A stretch of 63,218 nucleotides of DNA, the filler included, from Collodictyon triciliatum (Eukaryota): the NCBI GenBank assembly GCA_043381765.1. It is 7 parts of 7 records of this genome, joined end to end, with 100 filler letters (N's around TTAATTAATTAA, not from the genome) between each part and the next. Parts side by side here need not be neighbours in the genome. Positions count along the whole stretch, not along the records: positions 1 to 12,318 come from JBHJMP010002202.1; positions 12,419 to 18,650 come from JBHJMP010002204.1; 5 more parts are not named here. One strand, given 5' to 3'. Below are positions 1-13,265 of this stretch, one piece after another. The notes under the pieces were generated by a model, which saw only the letters and a program-made list of their open reading frames with translations, was not told where the DNA came from and searched no databases. Position 1 is the first letter of the stretch, and each line of letters starts with the position of its first letter. Made by a program: the position numbers and the translations under genes.

Positions 1-32
<32 letters not shown>

Positions 33-45
33 TTTTATTTTTTTT

Positions 46-77
<32 letters not shown>

Positions 78-112
78 ATATCTCTCTCTTCTGATTGGAT
101 TTTATGCGTTAG

Positions 113-3100
113 TTTGTTGAATGCTTCGAAAGGGACTTAGTTTCTCTGGAATTTATGAGAAGAGAAGAAAATCAGGACTCTGCGTCATTCTCTCTGATGG
201 TTTATGATGGCAATGAGCTTCATTTACTATCTGAGGCAATGTATGTTTTGCACAGATGGTTTGTTATTGGTTTGCAGCGGTCGATGTTGTCTGTGATTGT
301 AATTTTTGTTCTGTTCTTAACCAAAGATATATACCTTCCTGAAATCGTCTTTTAATGAAAATCATGTCCGTGCTATTATTCATTGTAATCATCTTCATCT
401 TCATCTTCATCTTCATCTTCATCTTCATGTTAATGTTCATGTTCATCATTCCTCTCTATCGTGTGCAGTTGATTATAAATTACGATGCTGCCCTCTCGTT
501 TTAAAACAGCTTCTTTGTTTTCAGTGGGATGAATCAAGTGGGTCTGGATGACTTTGACGAACAAGGTTCTGCAAAAGAGAAAGCGGCCGGACCATCTCAA
601 CCAAAGAGTAGCATTTTCTCTAAAAATATAGCTTTCATATGCAGGTGTAAGAGCCTGCTTGTTTCATTACCTCAATATCGCACTTTTTCTCTCTCGGCAC
701 TATCAAATCGAATCTGACTCTTTTCCTTTATATATTTATTTAACCGCTTTCTTTCGTCAAAAATTTCAGGAAGGAAAAGAATTCCTGAGCAGAGAGCGTC
801 GATTGCAGAACCTCCAAAACTGACGAAGATGTCCAAAAGTATTGATATCCACGGCCAAAGTATGCTTCGTTCGCCTAATCATGTCTACACCCTTGTGCTG
901 CAAGTTACATTCGCCATATCGACCGCGTCTCTTTCATTCTATTAGCTCAATATGGTTAAACTAATATAGATAAAGAAGCTGCCATCTTATGTTGCTCCAC
1001 GGTTGGTATTCTTCTCTGTGGAGATAGTTCGGGATATGTTGTTAAGCCAAACTTCACTGTATTTGATTTCCATCCGGCACCTCGACACAATATCACAGCA
1101 CTCACAGGTATATATTTTGTTGGCATTGATTTTCTGTAATGTTTTTTTTTTAATTTATTAGAAGTATAACTGTGTTCTACCTTTTGCTATGGAGTAGTAA
1201 TTTCTCTTTCTCTCTCTCTTTTTTTTTGGTCCAAAAATTCGTATATCATTATTCTAGAAATAAGTAGTAAGCTTTGTCGCAGCCTGAAATTTAGTACAAT
1301 ATCTGGTGGAAAAACTCAGATTCATGAATGGTTAGGTTTAACTTTTAATTTTTATCATTGGTATTAGTATTTTGATCTTTTGTAACCTTTTGCTAAACAC
1401 AGGATTATCTCAGAGACTTGCAAAGTATGCTACGGAACTAAGGATGGTTCTGTGTATGTGCAATCGATATTTACTAGCCGAGAGCCTATTCATTCTGATC
1501 CAGTCCTTGTCACCAAAATCGATGTAATTTGTGATTGAACCAATCATTGAATTCTTTAGTCGAATAACCCTGAACTAATGTGGGAACTCTACTTTTCGGA
1601 TGATTCCATCAGGAACCAGTTATTCATGTTTCTTCTCACGAAGAGACATCACTAGATTTCCCATACATATGTGTTGTGGGGTTAGAATTTTTCGATATAA
1701 TTGAATCAAATAAAAAAAAAACGCTAGCCTAGTAAGTGAATGCAATTTCTTACATTCCTTTTTCTTTCTCCCTTTCTCCCTTGTATATAGACGCCTTGGC
1801 ACAATTCTAGTTATTTCAAATACAAAAGATGATCGGACAGCATGTCGAGAGTTCCATGCAAATAAACTGGTTCTTTCAGCGGCTTTGATAAACGTAATGT
1901 ATTTTCCTGATGCGTTTATATATTTTGAGCACCAGATATATAAATGTCGAAAACTTATAAAATGCCATATAGGATATCGTATTCATATGTACCAGAGAAG
2001 GGTTACATAGCATCGAACTCAAGCTAGTATTAGACAGAAAAAGTAAGTTTTAGGGGGCTAAAAGTTTTTCCATTTAATCAGTTTTTTCGCATCACTTTCT
2101 GTCGCACTATCACTGTTGCTAAACTCTACGTGATAGGCAGTGGCCTCTCTGATATGTTCAGCTCAAAGCCTATGGATTACGGTATACTACATTTGTCATC
2201 AAAATATGTAGAGGCTTCCTTGCTCTCTTTGGATCTCAACGGAAATCTGAAGATTTGGAATGCTCGGTTCGTTATGGGTTGTAGCATGCTTGCATTATTG
2301 TACTTCCTTGTTCCGAAGGGCACTTTGTAACTCTAGACCACTACATTCGTCATAAAAGTGCAAGCAGCTCATTATCAGATGCGCTCGCTCCACCTCAATC
2401 CTCACTGAAAGAAAGTCTCAGTCGAATCGCCTCTGCCACGGAAAGAATTGAGTTATTAAAGCAAAAATCTAATGTAGTTATTTATTTTCATACCTGTTTA
2501 AGAGTTTACATGCCAATATTTATCATTAGCCGGTGCTACGTTTTGATGAATTTATCAAATACTTGTTAAATACTTGCATTAGAACCGTAGCGCCTGTCTT
2601 CAAGCTCTTTCTCCGTTGAGGAATTTCAAGTACGACAGGCCAATTTCTCAATTCTTCAGAGTTGAGTCACTTTGTGAAAAGATCCGTGCCCAAGATGGAA
2701 ATCACCATATTATTACCACGACAATATCAAATATAGATTTTATTGACATTTTGGGAGGGTGGGAGTGTGCGTAAAACCATTCCTTATTGATGTTATATTT
2801 ATAATTTAAATATCACAGTGATGGTATATTTGTCGAAAACACGTTACACATTGCCATTTTGTTTTTTAAATTATTTAGTGATTGAATGCTATCGATTTCT
2901 GGATGGGACAACAACAACATATATTCGACCCATACCAAATTTAATGAAAGGAGCAACCTTGTAAACTTTGATTACCACTGTACAAAAGTTTTTCTCGACC
3001 GGTTTCATTTTCTTTTATTTTATGAAAAAGTCAACCATCGGAATAGGACTTTCAAGTCCATTTTGCGGTCGCAAGCTTCTGAAGCCGAGATTGAATTCAC

Positions 3101-4577
3101 TGAACAGGTTCTGTTCATTTACTTTTCTCAAATAACTGAAATGGCAGACGGTAACACAGGTATTCATCCTTTTGTGCGAACCATAAATCCTTTCGATGAA
3201 AGCTAGCCCAACCACTTTTTTTTTTGAAAGCACATGACTTTTTAGAACACGCCAACATCTATTTTTTTTTTTTTTTTGGAAAACTATAGATGCATCTTTT
3301 TTAAGGAATCTATGGCTCAGGGCTCCGTCATATCACATTCACTCTGAAATTCTGAACTTTATGAATGTTTCATGGCCCCACAATTTGAAGACTGAAAAAG
3401 CTCCAGTGAACTACTTATTTCCAGGAAAAAAATCTCTGATAAAGGTTTTAATCGAAAAAATTAGAGAATTAACCCCACGAACTCTGCCCTAACGTCTGCT
3501 TCTTAGAATTCTGCTTTCCTAAAGCACGCTGCCTCGTTCATTCATGATACTTATTCATACACAGCAAATACCTCTTGTTCATTGGGATTTTGAAGTACAA
3601 ACGGAAAACATAGAAAATCGCTTATTGTTGCACTCCTCCTCTCTTCCTTTTCTTCTGAAGACTCTCGGATTTCGTGGGTTTGGCTTATACTTTGCTATAT
3701 TTCATCAGAACGATGTTTAATTATAATCACAAAACCTTTTATTCGAGCTCTTCATCTCAATGATACATTCTTATGATACCTAGCATGTCTTCTGGAGCTT
3801 CGGTTCGTGAATGCCCCTCCCGTTTACACGGAGAACATGGTTTATCTGTAAAATTCGATGACGTGGGAAAAGGTTTTTCGTTTAAAACATATTTGATTAT
3901 AGCCAATTTTTCATAAAAAAGCATTTTTGAACTGGAAGCAGACACGTACAAAGGGATAGAAAATAAGTATTATATTTGATGCATGATATACTCTTGTACG
4001 AACAACTGAATGGTTTCTATTCCAGATTGCGTTCAAGTGTTCATTAAGTCAATTTCGATTCCTGTGTTCATCACGTACCACACCTGCTTGTTGTTCGCAT
4101 TGATTAAGGATAAGACTCCAACACGCAAAGGTAACCAACTTGTCGACATACAAAGCTGTGAAATTTCCTGATTATGTAAAATCTTTATCATAATTTTTTA
4201 ATTGATATTTTATTCTGATGGGTGATACGTAGATGGTGACTGTGCGCTTTCCTTTTCTTCATCGGTGCGCATCCAAGAAATCATATCACATTTGTCAAAA
4301 TCTCTGGATTCAGTACAAAGCATACGAAAAAGTGTTGAGCAATCACGGTTCAATTTTCTTTCTTCGAATCTAACTTCATGACAATAAGCATGGCGGCTAT
4401 CTATTTCTACTCTTGCATCACCTAAGATGCCGGATGATAGATGATTGACAAACTCTCATTTTCACCAGTGACCTTGTCTCTAATGAAGAAGCCATCCACC
4501 TTCAACGGGTTTACTGCGACCTGCTACAGTCCTTCTGCGATGCAAGAAGCATGGAATCATTCATCGTCTGGCGATAG
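113..4577 (+). CDS. FAAP100: FAAP100-like protein (Fanconi anemia core complex associated), multi-exon, 5' end outside window
   Basis: Manual GT-AG splicing gives a continuous frame ending ...LQRVYCDLLQSFCDARSMESFIVWR* (TAG 4575-4577). It has beta-propeller-like segments (ILLCGDSSGYV, GTKDGSVYV, REFHANKLVLSAAL, LLSLDLNGNLKIWN), a coiled coil LKESLSRIASATERIELLKQKSNNRSACLQAL, then TYIRPIPNLMKGATLTF. These resemble my recollection of FAAP100 (IKELLSGIGNISERVSFLKK..RNKALTSL; TYTIPVDQLGPGA). Not database-confirmed. Confidence 0.6.
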
Positions 4578-5242
4578 AGCGACCAGCCTACGTGCCGCAT
4601 ACTGATGCCTTCGAATAAAACCGTCGCCATATCGCGCAATCCAGAAGGCTACACGCGCACTTTTATGACCTGATTTGCTCCTGATTACTGGTGCACTCTG
4701 CTAGTTTTCTTCGATGCCATTTTAGTGTTGACGTCTTGAGATAGCATGGGTGTAAGTGTCTAGGAAAAAATGTGACCTGTCAAGCGACTCTTTTTTTTTT
4801 TTCCCGTTGGAGGCAATCCGCGCCAATTTATGGAACTTATCCAAACAGAGTCAGTTAAAGATCTGCAGCGACAGCCACCAAACAGTTCGCTCGTGCAAGT
4901 AATCCCAGCAAAGCCACCGAGAGAAGATGAGTCCCGAGAGAGAGAGAGAGGGTTGGATTTTGTGGATGGAAAAAGAGCATAGCAGCTTCTTTGTCGCTCC
5001 ACCACATCTAAGTATCCTCCATTATCGCGACTGCAACAAACAGGGAGAAGGGAAAGCCAGGAACGTGGTGGTGATTGCTTCGAGTCGATCTTTAAACAGT
5101 CGCTTTCACTAGGTCTTCTTGCAAAAGGATTCGTCCCGTGGTCTGGATTGTCTCGAGTCGGTGAAAAACAAAAGAAAAGGGTCGTCATATAGAGAAAAAA
5201 AAGGGAAAAAAAAAAGAAGCATTTCAAGTAAAAAAAGGAAGC

Positions 5243-8200
5243 ATGACCGCCTCATCAATTGTTGCGACACAAAGTTCAACAAAGTACGCCACAGCAAAAC
5301 GCGATGGGCGATTCCTGCGAATGGACGTGCGGGAAGTAGAACACTCTGCAACCATGTCGGATTCCATGGTAAACGAAGGCTCTTTCGTGTCAGATAACCC
5401 TACCCTGCCACCAAAACTGGAGATGCTTCTCAAGGAAGTTCAAGAGGAAGGGAAGCTGTGGAACGCAGGCGACGTCTTTCCTTTAGACACTGTGGATAAG
5501 CGGAAACTAAGGTGATCATTTTCACTTCTGATGGTATATTAAAATTGAGTCATGCTGAGTTGTTTCTTTCGCTTTATATTATTCCATAATGTATGTTTGT
5601 TTCTTTTTATGCGTAACCTCGCCCCTATTTTCTCTTTTCTTATTTTACAAAATTTCCCAATTTTCAATCATGTATCTTGATGATGGTGATGGTGGTGATG
5701 ATGATGAAGAAGATGAAGAAGATGAAGAAGAAGATGATAATGATGAAGAAGAAGATGATAATGATGATGATGTAAAATGGCCGACCTTTCGCCTTTTTTA
5801 TTTTATTGAAAAGCGGACTATTTGAATATAAAATGTAGGTTCGTCGATGAAGCTTTAGAGGAAGAATATCGTGTGTATTTGACGACATACACAATCAATT
5901 CCATCAAATATTCAGTCGGGTTGGGATTCTTATATGGTATCATTATGGGGTTTGTTTGGTCAGTCATTAAATCGACTTCATTATGCTATAATATTGTGTC
6001 TTTTCTTGTGCTTTCTTCATTTATTATTGATGCTTTTCGCGTAATTTTTCGGCCCCCTTTTTTTTCATTGATATATTTTCTTTCCGTTATATAACTAAAC
6101 TACCACCTTTTCCATTTCAAGGTCCTCTTCGGATTTCTTTCTCTTGGTTTACTTCGCCTTCTCATTGGTCAGTATGATATTTTATCTCGGGTTGTCTCTG
6201 ATACAGAGGGGAATCCAGAAACCCGAAAATCATTACTTTTATACAAGGTTTGTTATGATAGCTTTGATATGAAGAGTCATCACCATATCTAGTATTTTCG
6301 ATCATTATTTTACGAATGTTATGTATGGCTTTCTGATAGGGCCCACCAGGTGTTTTGTGGTTGTATATTCCTATTTTATACGACGCTTTTATTGTCAACG
6401 ATTGCAAAGCTTCCTCAACAGGTGCTTATCGAAACCAAAATAATTGTTCTGGTAAGTGGATTGAATTTATGTAAGTTTGACATCCTGTAGATGCAAGATG
6501 CATATACTCATCTTTTTCATAATTTGGACGTTTATTCCCTTCACTTTTTGTATTTTCTGCAACAGGGTCTTACCACCATCATTCCCGGAGATTATCGTGT
6601 TACTACTTATCTCACAGTATATGCAAATGTGCTTTCATTTGTGCTGCTTTTGGTTTATAACGAAGGCGATTTCATCATCGTATATCGCTGCTTAACTCCT
6701 CTAGTGTTAACGTCTGTGCTAAGCATCACAGTGATGAAGACGGTTGAAATGCAGAGAAAAAAGTATTAAGCTTCGGACATTAAAACAGCATACAAATTAA
6801 TCTAACAATGCCACCATAGTTTTCAGTATAGTCTTTTTACTCATCTTGAAATAATGTAGCTCCTTTTACTCAATAAAGAAGCTGGCTTGGTTAAAAGGGA
6901 ATATTACTTGCTCTAGAAACAGGACGAAATTCCTGCTATCAAGCTTGTATCCAACGTATAGTGACGTCAATTTATTAAACTATTGTGTCTGAATATCAAC
7001 CGCTTCCTTGATTTAATTCTATCGTATGAACCAAAATAGGCCCGTTATGAACGACCTCGTCGGTCATTTATCTTTGAGACCTTACTATGAACGTGAGCGT
7101 TGTACGGTTATGTGTGTATCGATAAACGTGGTAAACTACAATTTGTCGGCCGATATTATTCGAAGCAGAGTCCAGACCGCTTATGTGTAAATTTTATCTA
7201 TCACCGTCGCTTTGTTACATGATTCTCACGATGTAAATTTTCTAGGAGGATATTGTCGATTACGCACAGGTTTGTTTGAACACTTGCTTCGACTTCTTTA
7301 ATAATTTGATGAATCAATAAAAATTCAATATTAAAAACAAACAGGCATTCTTTGCACAAGGTGAAGTCCATGGGTAGGATATAATACATGAATTTTCGAT
7401 TTCTTGCGTGTCCGGCTTTCCTTTAACCTATTTTTCTCTTCTTTTCTTATCTTCTAACCTATATTTCTTTTCCTTCTACTTCTTTTATTTTTTGAGAATA
7501 GGACTTTGTCTCACGGTAGGGTTTATACAAACTCAATTTTAATATTTTTTTTTGAAAATAATTGCAAATTAGAAACAACTGTCAAGTTCAATTTTAGTTT
7601 TGATACATTCATTTTCTTTTAGTTTGTCAGCGGTCTATTCGGTGAAGAGCCGGCCAACATGATATCTGTAGCATTCGAAATAATTGACGTATGCAAATCA
7701 GCCAGGAGGCCATCGGTATATATTGAAATAATAAGAAAAAGTAGAAAATAAGAAAAATTTTTGATAAAACAAATCGAAAACATGAAATATGGGAGTTATA
7801 TCACGTAAAAACTCAAGGTCACATTGGCTATTGGGATTGGAACAGGCTGGGTCAAAGGAGGAATGATAGAATTTTCAAAATCGTGCTTTGAAATTATCGG
7901 AAATGGTATGTAGCAGGTCATTTTGATGCGACGTGCATTTTTTCTTATATAAAATCAATTTTTTCAGGTAATACGTCTGCCTTGGGTTCTGTCGAAAAAG
8001 CTGGTGAATGGGAGATTGTTGTTGATAACGAGACGAAGGATAACTGGGTTTTTAACATGAATGCGAAGGTCTATCTATTACGAATAAATTTAGCATCGCA
8101 TTTTTTACATATTAAAATTTATTTCTCATAGGATGTCCTTTTTTACTTTGAGAGAAAATGTGCCGATAATCACAGAGTCTACTGGATGGCCTCAAGATCT

Positions 8201-10943
8201 TGTAGGCACGAAAATGGGTGGGATAGAGGCTGCGATGAGATGAAAAACGACAAAAAAAGACTTATAATAGGAATTGAAGAGACCCAACTGCAAGATGGGA
8301 GTCTTCAAAAAATTCAAAATATCGTAAGTAAAACATAGCCATCTCTGGTATGTTCCTGACTTAATTCTTATTTTATCAAACTTCTTTTCTTCATGCCTCA
8401 AGACTTTGCGTGAAATCATGTTCATATAATAAATTTCAAATATCGGCAGTTAATGGATGGAAACTCGTGGAGCCCATTTTCGGAAGCTCTATCTCGGAAA
8501 GGAGCGCAGCTATTTTTGACGTTTGTGGGTGATATGCGGTTCACACGTTCTCTAGAGATTGAGTTTCAGGAGAGCTTAAGGACCAAGGCAACCAAAAAGA
8601 TTATGATGTAAGTTCACCATTTTTAATAGCCTCCTTCCCTAAACATTGTACTTATTTCATAGCACTTTATAATTTTACTTTTTTCTTTGATTCTGCAGAA
8701 TACAAGCAGCTGCTCTAGTTGTTTGTTGCACTATGTTTGGATATACTGATTACAGTATACTAAATTTTGAATGTCACCGTGGAGATGATGAAGACAACAT
8801 TATGCTGCACATTCGATATTTTGTTTTGACACCAGTTTTCGTATTGTTGGTTCTATGTCTGAAGCTTGTTGAATGGAAAAGAATCGAAGGGAATTTGCTT
8901 ACTAATATTTGGAATTATCCATACTTTATTGGGGCATTTTATGGTTTTTATTCGTTATCAAGACTCTTTTTTTATTTTAAGAATTCGGAGCCATGCTTTC
9001 AAGTGAATTGGAGACTGTCAAATATTTTGTACTCAGAAATCTATGACGTTTGCATATATCTCGTTTCATCTGTCACTGTGGCTCCGGTATTCATACTCGG
9101 GTTGTTTGGGCTTTGGAGCGCTCTTTCCTCTGGGTTCATTTTTTCCTATGAGCGTCAAATGGGGTGAGCTTAAAATCATGCAGTCATAAAATAAAGTGCT
9201 TATTACACATAATTAATTATTGTCTTTCTGAGAATTAAATGTAAGAAATAATGATGAATTTTTGATCCTCATTTATGCGCATACAACTTCAATCGATTAA
9301 GTTTGCCTGATGGGTATTCTATGTTTGCATTCATCATATGGGTCGCAGCTGCATTCCTGTTGCTGTTTGTGTTTACGGTATCTCGAGATTTCTATTTGAG
9401 AAAAAACTTTTTGGATGGGAAGAACTTGTCGAAGGTAATCTTTAGCAAACTATATCTTACAGAGTTGTGTAATTATTGATGGTGACTTTGGTGCGTGCAA
9501 CAAGAGTTATTTCTTTATTTTTCAACTTTTACATTATACAGGCTGTTGAAGAGCTGGCAGCCGAGAACTACACGAATGAAAAGGCTTTAATTTCCACTTT
9601 AAATGACCGGCTGTTCAAATCTTTGAAAGCAAAGTGCCTCTGCAGCACACAAACAATCGACGATTCAATTTTAGTCTTGATCGATTTTTACATTCCATTT
9701 GATTCGTTTCAAGGAACAGGATTAGAGACTCTATTTAATTACATTTCAGGTATCTATTTGACACTAACGAATCAAAACAAAATAATTGCTGAAAACTAAC
9801 GCACTTTTTAAAATTTTTCCAAAAAAAACTTTAGCTTTGGTTCAAACAATCGAGACGATATCTTCCACCTACAAATTAGAATTAATTAAATCTACTGGCA
9901 CAAGCATATATGTACTCGCAATTTCAACATGCAACTTTACTCCTGTAAAAATCCGTTAAATAGTTTATTATTTGCTTCGCTATAGATTGTTTCAAGGCCA
10001 TTTGAAGCAGTCGACAGCAAAGCTGAGTTCGGTTATGTCAAACAGGTTTTGATATTCGTGTTTCAGGTATTTTTTTTATTTTTGGTCAGCGGTATTACAT
10101 ACCTCCATTACTGATATTTATTTTATTTTTTCCTCATTCTTATTCATTTTCTTTTCGATTTTTCTTTTTGATTTGATGTTCTTCGGTTGCACAGATTCAA
10201 TCAATTCTCACAAATGTGAGCAAGGGAGATACCCTCAAAGGTCTCGATGCGAGAATAACCATCGATATTGGGCGCATTACGTACGGTATTATAGGTAAGT
10301 TCACAAATTGATAATTGAAGAAAAGAAATGCTCATCAATCATAGAAATCACTAAGATTGAAATCGCGTTCGTCACTTCTATAATTTTATACTCATGAAGC
10401 ATGCCAGAGGGAATGACTACTTGTACATAATAATTAAGCAACAAACGTCTACTTGTAGGGGAGGATTATTTTGTTTACGATTGCTTTGGAAAACCAGGTA
10501 TTTTCTGATAGAATTCAATATTGAACACAAAGTGGTGCTTAATTGACAAAAAAAAAGTCTATATCTCGCGTGTAATTTATTTGCTGAATGTGCTATATTG
10601 TGCAGTGTCACACTGTCGCTTCATGTCAACATGTGCAAAGTCTGGAGACATCGTTGTATGGGTTTATTTTTCGAGTTTGATGAAATAGACTAGCTTCCAC
10701 ACGGATTTTTACCACATAATCACAATTAAATTGCGTTAATGCGGAGGAATAACTATCTAGGTTTCGCACAAAATATCAACTCTTCTGCAGGGATGCAAAA
10801 CTGTTAACGTGGTGTTTATGAAGACGCTCACAAGAAGCGAGACGGAGCAAACTGACATTTATCGTATCACTGAAAAGGCAGATGTTTGGGAGATGTTCAG
10901 CCAAGACATTGATTGGATAGAACCGAGCGTATCGCCCGATTAA
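5243..10943 (+). CDS. Transmembrane adenylate/guanylate cyclase-like protein (TM cluster-C1-TM cluster-C2), multi-exon, degenerate catalytic motifs
   Basis: LRFVDEALEEEY and MRFTRSLEIEF motifs precede two hydrophobic clusters. C1: CTVMCVSINV..HSLHKVKSMGLCLTFVSG..LAIGIGTGWVKGGMI..FEIIG. C2: SILVLIDF..LELIKSTGTSIYIVS..ARITIDIGRITYGIIGEDYFVYDCFGKPV. Stop TAA 10941-10943. Confidence 0.8.
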
Positions 10944-11352
10944 AGTCTGGTGCTATGCATTGGTTGCTTTTCGAAGTTCGTTTACCATGTAAATCATAAA
11001 GGAGCTTGTGTGGGCATAAACAAATGAGTTAGGCAAAGCTATCTGCTCCGGGCGTTTAATTGGGATGTTTATATTATTTTTGTTGTTATTTGATATTCCG
11101 GCAATTATTGGGTTTTGTTTTATTTTCGTTTTTTTTATTTATTTATTTTTTAATATCTATGAATTGGGTTGTGAAATGGCTTTATTCGCTCTATTCGCCG
11201 TTTTCATTCGGGCAAACCGGGAAAAGGCCGCAACAATCTGACATTTTTGGAGACAGAGAGACATGACAAGGACTGCCTCTGCTTTGTGAATACACAGGGA
11301 TCTGCGTTTCTTTCTGATCGCCTCTGCGTAAAGCCCCGTTTGTGCTGCTGCC

Positions 11353-12122
11353 ATGGCGTTGTCAGGATTTGATCGGCAAGTGAGTTCCTGTGTGAAACCA
11401 AATCTTTTTTTCATTTTTTTCTTTCTGTTTTCTATTTTGTTTTTTCTTCTCTATTTTATTTTGTTCTTTTTCTATTTTCTATTTTCTTCTTTCTTTTTCT
11501 ATTTTCTATTTTGTTTTTCTTCTCTTTTTTATTTTCTTCTTTCTTTTCTATTTTGTTTTTTCTTCTCTTTTTTATTTTCTTCTTTTTCTATTTTCTATTT
11601 TGTTTTTTTTTCTATTTTCTATTTTGTTTTATTTTTCTTATCTACCTTTTTTTTTTCTATTTTGTTTTTAAAAATTACAATACTTTCACAGGTGGCGGAG
11701 TTGGTCAATACTCTGCGCATTGACACCAGTGTTGTTTTGTGCTCCGTTGTTGTTGGCTCACGTGTTTGGTGTGGATGCGCCGACGGGACTGTTCGCGTCC
11801 GGGATGCCGCGGTTTCCTTTTTTTACTTCAATTGTGTCTATGTTTCTTCAATGAACCCTCCGGCTGTGTTTTCAGTCATTGAATATTCCCGTCTATTTTT
11901 CCGATGCATTCAAAAGTTTATAATGAGCAGTTAACGTATTGGAACGAAATGATATAAGAATGGTCCAAGTTGCCTGAAGGACTGAAGTTGTGATTACAAT
12001 AGAACGGGAGATTAATATTTAAGATGAAGACGGGAGACGCTCAGATTTTTACGATCGTGTATTCCGGAGACTTAATATGGTGCGGGCTCAGTGACGGGCG
12101 CATAATGACATTTATGCCACAG
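11353..12122 (+). CDS. WD40/beta-propeller repeat protein, N-terminal exons only (truncated by contig end at 12318)
   Basis: Exons 11353-11379, 11692-11811 and ~12003-12122 give MALSGFDRQ-VAELVNTLRIDTSVVLCSVVVGSRVWCGCADGTVRVRDAA-TGDLIFKMKTGDAQIFTIVYSGDLIWCGLSDGRIM. Two WD-like GxxDG units. Confidence 0.65.
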
Positions 12123-12318
12123 GTTGGTTTTTTCCCCTCTTATTAGATAGTTTGTTCTTTTCTGTTGTCAGTGTTTATTTTTCTCTACCTCTACTTTGCA
12201 GATATCCATCATCGATGTTTTCTCTTTTTTTTTTTAAAAAAATAATAGTAAATTAAAATCGTGCTTGATAGTCCGGTGATATTTCAAATGAGTTTTCATC
12301 GGGAAGTGCACCCATCAC

Positions 12319-12417
12319 NNNNNNNNNNNNNNNNNNNNNNNNNNNNNNNNNNNNNNNNNNNNTTAATTAATTAANNNNNNNNNNNNNNNNNNNNNNNNNN
12401 NNNNNNNNNNNNNNNNN
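12319..12417. other. Artificial contig linker (Ns + TTAATTAATTAA six-frame stop); also at ~18651-18750, 31044-31143, 37866-37965, 48997-49096, 61377-61476
   Basis: Identical 12-mer centred in ~100-nt N runs. Genes are truncated at several of these points. Confidence 0.97.
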
Positions 12418-13265
12418 NGGTTCCGAAACCAGGGGACGGTCAAGCGCCACTTCCGTGAATACCAGGCAAACAACGATGCATCGCTTTCTGTCTGAGTCGC
12501 CCAGCAAGAAACGCAAGGAAAGTGACCCGTTGTCCCTTCAAAAAACTCATCCTGTGGAATGAAATAGGATGTAAACCCTGTCTGAGATAGAAGGTTGAAA
12601 TTACTCGTCGGAATCGATTTGAGAAATAACAGCCATGTGCGTATTTTCATCGACCCGACAACTCTATCCGCTCTTCTGTCAGTCTCAAATACAACCAGAA
12701 ATCGCGACGGAATTCAATCACTTCGGGTAGAATAGTCTGCGTGTGAGAACCCTTTCTCTCCTTTATATTTTCTTTTTCTTTTTCTTTTTCTTTTTTCTTT
12801 TTTCTTTTTCTTTTTCTTTTTCTTTTTCTTTTTCTTTTTCTTTTTCTTTTTCTTTTTCTTTTTCTTTTTGTTGTTGTTGCTCTTTTTGTCCTTTCTTTTT
12901 CTTTTTCTTTTTCTTTTTCTTTTTCTTTTTCTTTTTCTTTTTCTTTTTCTTTTTCTTTTTCTTTTTCTTTTTCTTTTTGTTGTTGTTGCTCTTTTTGTCC
13001 TTTCTTTTTCTTTTTCTTTTTCTTTTTCTTTTTCTTTTTCTTTTTCTTTTTCTTTTTCTTTTTCTTTTTCTTTTTTCTTTTTCTTTTTCTTTTTCTTTTT
13101 CTTTTTCTTTTTCTTTTTCTTCTCCCTAAACACAAAAACTCCAACCACACAACCCTGGGTTTCCGCTGTCTTGTCCACAGCTCATTTTAGTCCTACAGTC
13201 GAAAGGCGGTTTCCTCAGCTTTGCTTTCTCTCAATAAACTGTTGAAATGAAACCAAAAAATCAAT
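12418..13265 (+). mobile_element. Interspersed repeat family C, copy 1 (probable retroelement 3' region with internal (CTTTTT)n tract)
   Basis: 12500-12765 matches the reverse complement of 60823-61086. 13125-13265 matches 31203-31348 and, more loosely, 60665-60780. Ends near AATAAA (CTCTCAATAAACTGTTGAAA). Confidence 0.7.

Noticed and set aside
113..10943. WD40-cyclase or ATPase-cyclase fusion gene
   Set aside because: The upstream gene reaches TAG at 4575-4577, followed by intergenic-looking sequence. The cyclase has its own ATG at 5243, and there are no P-type ATPase motifs upstream.
12363..12374. Recurrent palindrome TTAATTAATTAA
   Set aside because: Always embedded in N runs; it is an artificial six-frame-stop contig linker.
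12647..13245. Poly-K/KE/F ORFs here and at 11400-11690, 28480-28620, 29640-29750, 41620-41825, 43600-43900, 44255-44330, 59185-59754, 61200-61376
   Set aside because: These are translations of intronic or intergenic microsatellites and low-complexity tracts.
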